Assembly: GCA_016218805.1 (NCBI GenBank)
Contig: JACRCW010000128.1
Location: 44,249 to 64,248 of the forward strand
DNA length: 20,000 bases
Direction of reading: 5' to 3'
Origin: Deltaproteobacteria bacterium
GTDB lineage: Bacteria; Myxococcota; JACRCW01
Both the position numbers and the translations under genes were made by a program. The notes beneath the pieces are model-generated. The model saw only the letters and a program-made list of their open reading frames with translations. It was not told the origin of the DNA and searched no databases. Positions 16,001-20,000 of this stretch are shown one piece after another (position 1 is the first letter of the stretch; each line of letters opens with the position of its first letter).

Positions 16001-16946
16001 CATGGAGACGGTGGTGGGTCACCCGCGCCATGAGACGCCGGCGCTGGAAGGCGTCACGGAGGCGCGGCTGACGCGGCTGTTCAAGGATGCCAGCGGCGCG
16101 GCGTGGGACGGGGCGGGGCGGATCCTGTACGTGTCCGAACGCGAGGGTCACACCATCCGCGCGGTGGAACTGGGTGACCTGGCGGACCCGGCCACGTGGC
16201 GTGCGCGGACGTACGCGGGCCAGGTGGGGACGCCGGGCGCGGTGGACGGGACGCTGGCGGCGGCGCGGTTCCGCGCGCCCACGGCGTTGGCGTGGGACGG
16301 CGTGGCGCGGGTGCTGTACGTGGCGGAAGCGGGCAACCATGACGTGCGGGCCATCCGCGTGGACGCCCCGGACGAGGGCACCTGCGTGACCACGCTGGTG
16401 AACGCACGGCACGCGCGCGGCTTCCGCGGTGAAGGCCCCACGGTGACTGACGGCGGCGGCGAGGTGCCCTACCCGGCGCTGGACGCCGCGCTGGACAGCC
16501 CGGAGGGTCTGGCGCTGGGCCTGGACGGGTCGCTGTACATTGGTGACACGGGCAACCACCGCGTGCGGCGGGTGAACCTGGCGGACGGGAGCATCCGCAC
16601 GGTCATTGGGGACGGCATCCCGGCGGCCTCCGGCATTGGCGCGCCGGCGCGGTTCTTCCCGGTGGACAGCCCGCGGGGCCTGGCGGTGGACGCCCAGGGC
16701 AACCTGTTCATCACCTCCGCCTACGCCATCCGCGTGGTGAGCCCGCAGGCGCCGTCCAACGTGGTGTCCGGCCAGGACGGCGAAACCGTGGGGACCATCT
16801 ACGGCGCGGCGCCGCGGGACGCCTACCCGGAGAGCGTCACGCGCTGCCTGTCTGACGTGGACCTGGCGGCGGACGGCCGCGTGGCGTGGGTGCTGGACGC
16901 CTGTCAGGGCTTCCTGGTGCGGCTGCAGCGCGCGGAGCTGCCCTGA
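13059..16946 (+). CDS. Large lipoprotein (1295 aa): Cys-rich region with a myxobacterial disulfide repeat, followed by about 18 NHL repeats
   Basis: Signal MNARIRWLLPVLLSGLAGA-C. CGDGVVNPYGEQCDDGNDNANDGC matches the Myxococcus cysteine-rich repeat pattern. Repeated GNLYIADT.N.RIR.V...G.ITTVAG.G NHL blades follow. Confidence 0.9.
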   Translation: MNARIRWLLPVLLSGLAGACSPVDAVQSVHFGLPGTSKTHAVITLEAGTVSPGAAWRIRSVARVGDHSGSTQLPEGTPRAALDFPVRYAVIAEGLEGTLVVEVDALDASGNALGRARGQVALTPRAGVSLTLVLSQTCTLDPDCDDGTWCNGVDRCDRGMCTRADPCPPSAFACVSQVECVEADRACRYTVDHAVCAQDGGAAFSCNPTAGCVPCGDGVVNPYGEQCDDGNDNANDGCHACHRTAWTAEVLVGAGQHESRADRLLLAVPEDMVFDRAGNLYVADWGPGRVWRLEAATGRVTRAAGTGVSGFNGDGVQATSAQLAGIFALTLDDRGNLYIADTENNRIRRVDRSGLITTVAGIGTAGLDPDGIPATASRLNAPQGVAVSEAGEVYIADTNNHRVCRVELNGLLTTVAGTGTAGFNNDDQPAISAQLDSPVDVALFGAEVFIADTENDRVRKVDAAGFIRAVAGNGTSGFDFNDRLATTVKLTAPSGLCVEADGSLLIAEGTGNRVRRVEAGSQFIRAVAGDGNPGYTEDGILAVAAQLNFPRWVTTDELGNIYVSEELNQTIRRIDHVDGKIGTMMGLSGPVYAGYGTSALTAWMQGPNDVAVGPDGSLYVPEYEGHRIRRILPDGGITTAVGTGEAGYESDGVPATEAPIQIPDGTLVDPQGNIIFSDSGNHCIRKVAPSGIISTLAGRCGVAGAPASGVPATQALFNYPAGIGQDAAGNIYVSDSQNHVVRKITPAGTITTVAGDPAFDDYVGDDGPAVDAHIPHVYGLRVSPEGRVYMADDEAHVVRMIDLDGTMRRLAGDGSQEPGFAGDNGPATSAKLNGPGGVLVDAQGNLFIADTFNHRVRKVSPVLPDGGPSSGIITTYAGTGVAGIGGDLGPATAGTFNRPYYMSFAADGALLISDYSNGLVRRIDVDGTLTTLGGTLHLGDGPFVTSELFGPAALAALEPARLWVADGRSGRVRQVDLAGQLMETVVGHPRHETPALEGVTEARLTRLFKDASGAAWDGAGRILYVSEREGHTIRAVELGDLADPATWRARTYAGQVGTPGAVDGTLAAARFRAPTALAWDGVARVLYVAEAGNHDVRAIRVDAPDEGTCVTTLVNARHARGFRGEGPTVTDGGGEVPYPALDAALDSPEGLALGLDGSLYIGDTGNHRVRRVNLADGSIRTVIGDGIPAASGIGAPARFFPVDSPRGLAVDAQGNLFITSAYAIRVVSPQAPSNVVSGQDGETVGTIYGAAPRDAYPESVTRCLSDVDLAADGRVAWVLDACQGFLVRLQRAELP

Positions 16947-17024
16947 AAGGCAGCCGGGCTGGCGCTCAGCGGGCCCCATTCGGCGGCGGAAGCGAGACAC
17001 CTTCTGGGGGAAGATGACCTGTGG

Positions 17025-17043
17025 GGCCGGCGTCCCGCCGGCC
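17025..17043. terminator. GC-rich stem-loop between convergent genes (possible terminator or 3' stabiliser)
   Basis: GGCCGGCG-TCC-CGCCGGCC forms a perfect 8-bp stem. There is no U-tract, so the function is uncertain. Confidence 0.3.
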
Positions 17044-17106
17044 GCAGACTGGCCCAGCCACCTACATTTGGTTACGAGGCGCCCCCCTTCGACTACCAAG
17101 GCGGGT

Positions 17107-17326
17107 GGGTGCCGGCACGGAGGTGGGTGGGTGCCGGCATGGAGGTGGCTGGGTGCCGGCATGGAGGTGGCTGGGTGCCGGCGCGGAGGTGGCTGGGTGC
17201 CGGCATGGAGGTGGCTGGGTGCCGGCGCGGAGGCGGGTGGGTGCCGGCGCGGAGGTGGGTGGGTGCCGGCGCGGGGGCGGGTGGGTGCCGCCATGGAGGT
17301 GGGTGGGAGCCGCCGTGGAGGGCCTA
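17107..17326. repeat. 22-bp tandem repeat array B, consensus GGGTGCCGGCRYGGAGGTGGST, 10 units
   Basis: Units start every 22 bp from 17107 to 17305. The core is GCCGGC, extended to the perfect palindrome GTGCCGGCAC in unit 1. The array lies between convergent genes, and the last degenerate unit touches the kinase stop codon. Confidence 0.95.
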
Positions 17327-19072
17327 CTCCAGGTCCACTTTGATCTTGGTGACCTCACCGGCCTTGACGGTGATGTTGACCGTCTTCTGCAGGCCCTTGG
17401 CGTCGTTGACCAGCGTGAGGACGTGGTTGCCGGCGGCCAGTTCAGCCTGGAAGACGGGCGTGGTGCCAATGATGTTCCCGTCCACCGAGGCGGTGGCCCA
17501 CGGCTTGGAACTCACCGTCAGGTGGCCGGTGCGCGGCGCGGCCGCGGGCGCGGGTGCGGGCGCGGGAGCCGGCGCTGCGGGGGCGGGCGCGGGCCGGGTT
17601 GCGGCCGGGGCGGGCCGGGGAGGGCGCTGACCGCGGGGTGGTGGCCGGCCGGGGTCCGCCGGCGTGGGCGCCGGGTCCGCCGGGTCCGGGGCCGGTGGAG
17701 CGGCCGGGACGGGCGCCACGGGTGCTGGCGCCGCGGGAGCGGGAGCGGCGGGATCGGGCGCCGGGGCCACGGGGGCCGGAGCGGGTGTCAACTCAGGGGC
17801 GGGCATGGAGCGCGGCGGGCGCGTGGCCACCAGCGCAATGCCCGCGCCGCCGGCGGCCAGCGCAAGCCCGGCAGCAAGCGGGAGGAGCTTCTGGAGCAGG
17901 GACTTGGGGGGCGCCGCGGTGATGGCGCTGGCGGTCATCACGTGGCCGCCGGTGACCTGCGGCGGCGCGGTCAAGGCGCCGTGCGGGCCGCTCACCAGCG
18001 ACGCGTGCACCGGCCCGACAATGGCGCCCTGGCTGATTTCCTGGGTGGCCGCCCCCGGGGCGGGGCGTTCGGCCGTGCCGGCCTGGGTGTTACCGGGCGT
18101 GGGGTAGGCGCGGATGGGCACGGTGCCGGCGGTGCTGGTGGTGCGCCGCGCGCGGACCTGCTCGCCCACCAGTTCCTCCACGTAGCGGTCAATGGGGATG
18201 GTCTGGCCTTGGGGCGCCAGCTTGTAGACCTCGTCCAGCGCATCGGCCATTTCGTTCCCGGTCTGGAAGCGCTCCAGCGGGTCTTCGCGCAGGCACTGCA
18301 TGACCACGGCTTCCAACGCCGCCGGATAGTCCGGGAGGATGGTGCGCGGGTGCGGGGGCGGCGTGGGGCTGACGCGCTGGGCAATGATCTCCATGTCCGT
18401 GGCGCCCTTGAACAGGCGCCGCCCGCAGGTGGCCTCCCACAGCACCACGCCCAGGGAATAGATGTCCGTCCGCCCGTCCACAAACTGCCCCTTGAGCTGC
18501 TCGGGGGCCATGTACGCCAGCTTGCCCTTCACCACGCCGGTGGCGGTCCGGTGCTGGCTCCCCTCCACCTTGGCAATGCCAAAGTCCACCACCTTGGTGA
18601 CGCCATCCCGGCGCACCATGACGTTCTGCGGGCTGATGTCCCGGTGCACCAGGTTGATGGGCACGCCGCGCGTGTCCACCTGCGTGTGGGCGTGGTGCAG
18701 CGCACGCGCCGCCGCGGCCACAATGGGCACAAACGGCCACAGCATGTGGCGTTCACGCTTGATGGCGGCGGCCAGGATGCGGGCCAGCGTCTCGCCGTCC
18801 ACGTACTCCATGGCGATGTAGTAGGTCCCCTGTTCCTGCCCCACCTCCCAGATCTGCACGATGTTGGGGTGGTTGAGGAGCGCGGCCACGCGCGCCTCGG
18901 TGAGGAACATGTTGACGCGGTCCTCGTCTTCGTCCGTGTCCGTCAGCAGCGTCTTGATGATGGCCAGCCGCTCAAACCCGTGCAGGCCCACCTGGCGCGC
19001 CAGGAAGATTTCGCCCATGCCACCCACGGCAAGGCGGTTGATCGTCTCGTAGGACCCGTAGCGCGGCAGCAT
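17324..19072 (-). CDS. Hanks-type Ser/Thr protein kinase with TM helix, Pro/Ala linker and C-terminal PEGA-like domain
   Basis: Kinase motifs VGGMGEI, AIIK, HRDISPQN, DFG, YMAPE and DIYSLG. TM segment LLPLAAGLALAAGGAGIALVA. PEGA-like GHLTVSSKPWATASVDGNIIGTTP..L.AGNHVLTL. Confidence 0.96.
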   Translation of the reverse strand: MLPRYGSYETINRLAVGGMGEIFLARQVGLHGFERLAIIKTLLTDTDEDEDRVNMFLTEARVAALLNHPNIVQIWEVGQEQGTYYIAMEYVDGETLARILAAAIKRERHMLWPFVPIVAAAARALHHAHTQVDTRGVPINLVHRDISPQNVMVRRDGVTKVVDFGIAKVEGSQHRTATGVVKGKLAYMAPEQLKGQFVDGRTDIYSLGVVLWEATCGRRLFKGATDMEIIAQRVSPTPPPHPRTILPDYPAALEAVVMQCLREDPLERFQTGNEMADALDEVYKLAPQGQTIPIDRYVEELVGEQVRARRTTSTAGTVPIRAYPTPGNTQAGTAERPAPGAATQEISQGAIVGPVHASLVSGPHGALTAPPQVTGGHVMTASAITAAPPKSLLQKLLPLAAGLALAAGGAGIALVATRPPRSMPAPELTPAPAPVAPAPDPAAPAPAAPAPVAPVPAAPPAPDPADPAPTPADPGRPPPRGQRPPRPAPAATRPAPAPAAPAPAPAPAPAAAPRTGHLTVSSKPWATASVDGNIIGTTPVFQAELAAGNHVLTLVNDAKGLQKTVNITVKAGEVTKIKVDLE

Positions 19073-19167
19073 CCAGCCGGATCGAATGCCACACGCGCGC
19101 GCTCCCTACAACAATCCCCCGTCGGGCCGTTGACGCTGCGCGCCCCGGACGGCCATGTTTGCGCACC

Positions 19168-20000
19168 ATGGGAACGCGGCAGCGGTACGCGTGCTGGGCC
19201 GCCGGCGGGCTTCTGCTGGGTTGCGCATGGATTGCCGACGCGTCGGCCGCACCGCGCAAGCCGCCCGCCAAGGCCCCGCCACCGCCCGTGGCCGCACCCG
19301 CCCCGGAGCCCGCCCCGCCACCCGCGCCGGATCCCGCGCCCGCCCCGGCGCGCGCGCCGGTGAGCACGGAGGGTGTGCCCACCGCGCAGCTGCTGGCGCA
19401 GGCGCAGCAGGCATGTGAGGCGGACGAATACGACGTGTGCGCCGAGCGCGCGGCCGCGGTGCTGGCGCGCGGGGACGTGACGGACGAGCAGCGCGCGCAG
19501 GCGTTCATGCTGCAGGGCGGTGCGGCCAGCGTGCTGGGCCGGGGGGCGGATGCGGAGCGCGCCTACCGGCTGCTGCTGCGTATCAAGCCGGATTATGACC
19601 TCCCGCCGGACACGCCGCCCAAGATGGCGGGCAACTTCCGCAAGGTGCAGGCGGAGGAGGGCGAGATCCGGCGCGCGGTGAAGGAGGCGCAGCGGCAGAA
19701 GCTGGTGAAGGCCATCAAGCTGGTGGTGGATGCGCCCAAGGACCACAAGGGCGGCACGCCGCTGCCCATCCGCCTCAACGTGGAAGACCCGCTGGGCGGG
19801 ATCCGCGGGATGACGCTGGAGTACCGGGTGGGGACGGCGGGGGAGTTTGCCACGCTGCCCTTCCAGGCCACGCCGCGCGGCCCGGAGGTGGAGTTCTCCG
19901 CGGCCCAGATGTCCACGGACGCGCCACTCACGCTGCAGTACGTGGTCATTGCCCGGGATGCGGACGGGGACGTGCTGCTGGCCCAGGGTGACCGCGAGCA
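19168..20000 (+). CDS. Secreted TPR-like protein, 3' truncated (absent from the supplied ORF track because it has no stop in the window)
   Basis: ATG at 19168 opens a frame to the window end. It reads as signal MGTRQRYACWAAGGLLLGCAWIADASA, a Pro/Ala linker, TPR-like helices (AQAFMLQGGAASVLGRGADAERAYRLLLRIKPDYDLPPDTPPK), a coiled coil, then an Ig-like beta region. Confidence 0.85.
   Translation, partial: MGTRQRYACWAAGGLLLGCAWIADASAAPRKPPAKAPPPPVAAPAPEPAPPPAPDPAPAPARAPVSTEGVPTAQLLAQAQQACEADEYDVCAERAAAVLARGDVTDEQRAQAFMLQGGAASVLGRGADAERAYRLLLRIKPDYDLPPDTPPKMAGNFRKVQAEEGEIRRAVKEAQRQKLVKAIKLVVDAPKDHKGGTPLPIRLNVEDPLGGIRGMTLEYRVGTAGEFATLPFQATPRGPEVEFSAAQMSTDAPLTLQYVVIARDADGDVLLAQGDRE

Noticed and set aside
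13080..17294. Long minus-strand ORFs 13080-15386 and 15405-17294
   Set aside because: Antisense shadows of the NHL lipoprotein gene.
17107..17326. Array B as a CRISPR array or as coding repeats (ORFs 17014-17343, 17109-17630, 17062-17469)
   Set aside because: There are no unique spacers. The ORFs are open only because the unit lacks stop codons, and the period is not a multiple of 3.
17021..19363. 780-aa plus-strand ORF
   Set aside because: Antisense shadow of the kinase plus read-through of array B.

Overview
High-GC (roughly 70% by eye) bacterial chromosome segment. Its gene content is typical of Myxococcota: a PEGA-domain Ser/Thr kinase, a myxobacterial Cys-rich repeat lipoprotein, a 7-POTRA Omp85 and DAG/DGG linkers. 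Left to right: the 3' end of a GMC oxidoreductase; a PHAX-like RNA-binding-domain protein with a duplicated C-terminal domain; a 22-bp tandem array containing two covarying hairpin copies 220 bp apart; a compositionally foreign (TCGA-rich) two-gene module of an ABC/AAA_21-type ATPase and a frameshifted PD-(D/E)XK-like nuclease, a candidate defence system; an Omp85 (BamA/TamA family) gene; a membrane protein; a lipoprotein; a metallophosphoesterase; a CPAF-like S41 protease coupled to a lipoprotein; a large NHL-repeat lipoprotein; a second 22-bp array; and a Ser/Thr kinase divergent from a secreted TPR protein that runs off the window. The most interesting region is 528-3693. All family calls come from motif recognition by eye, not from database searches.
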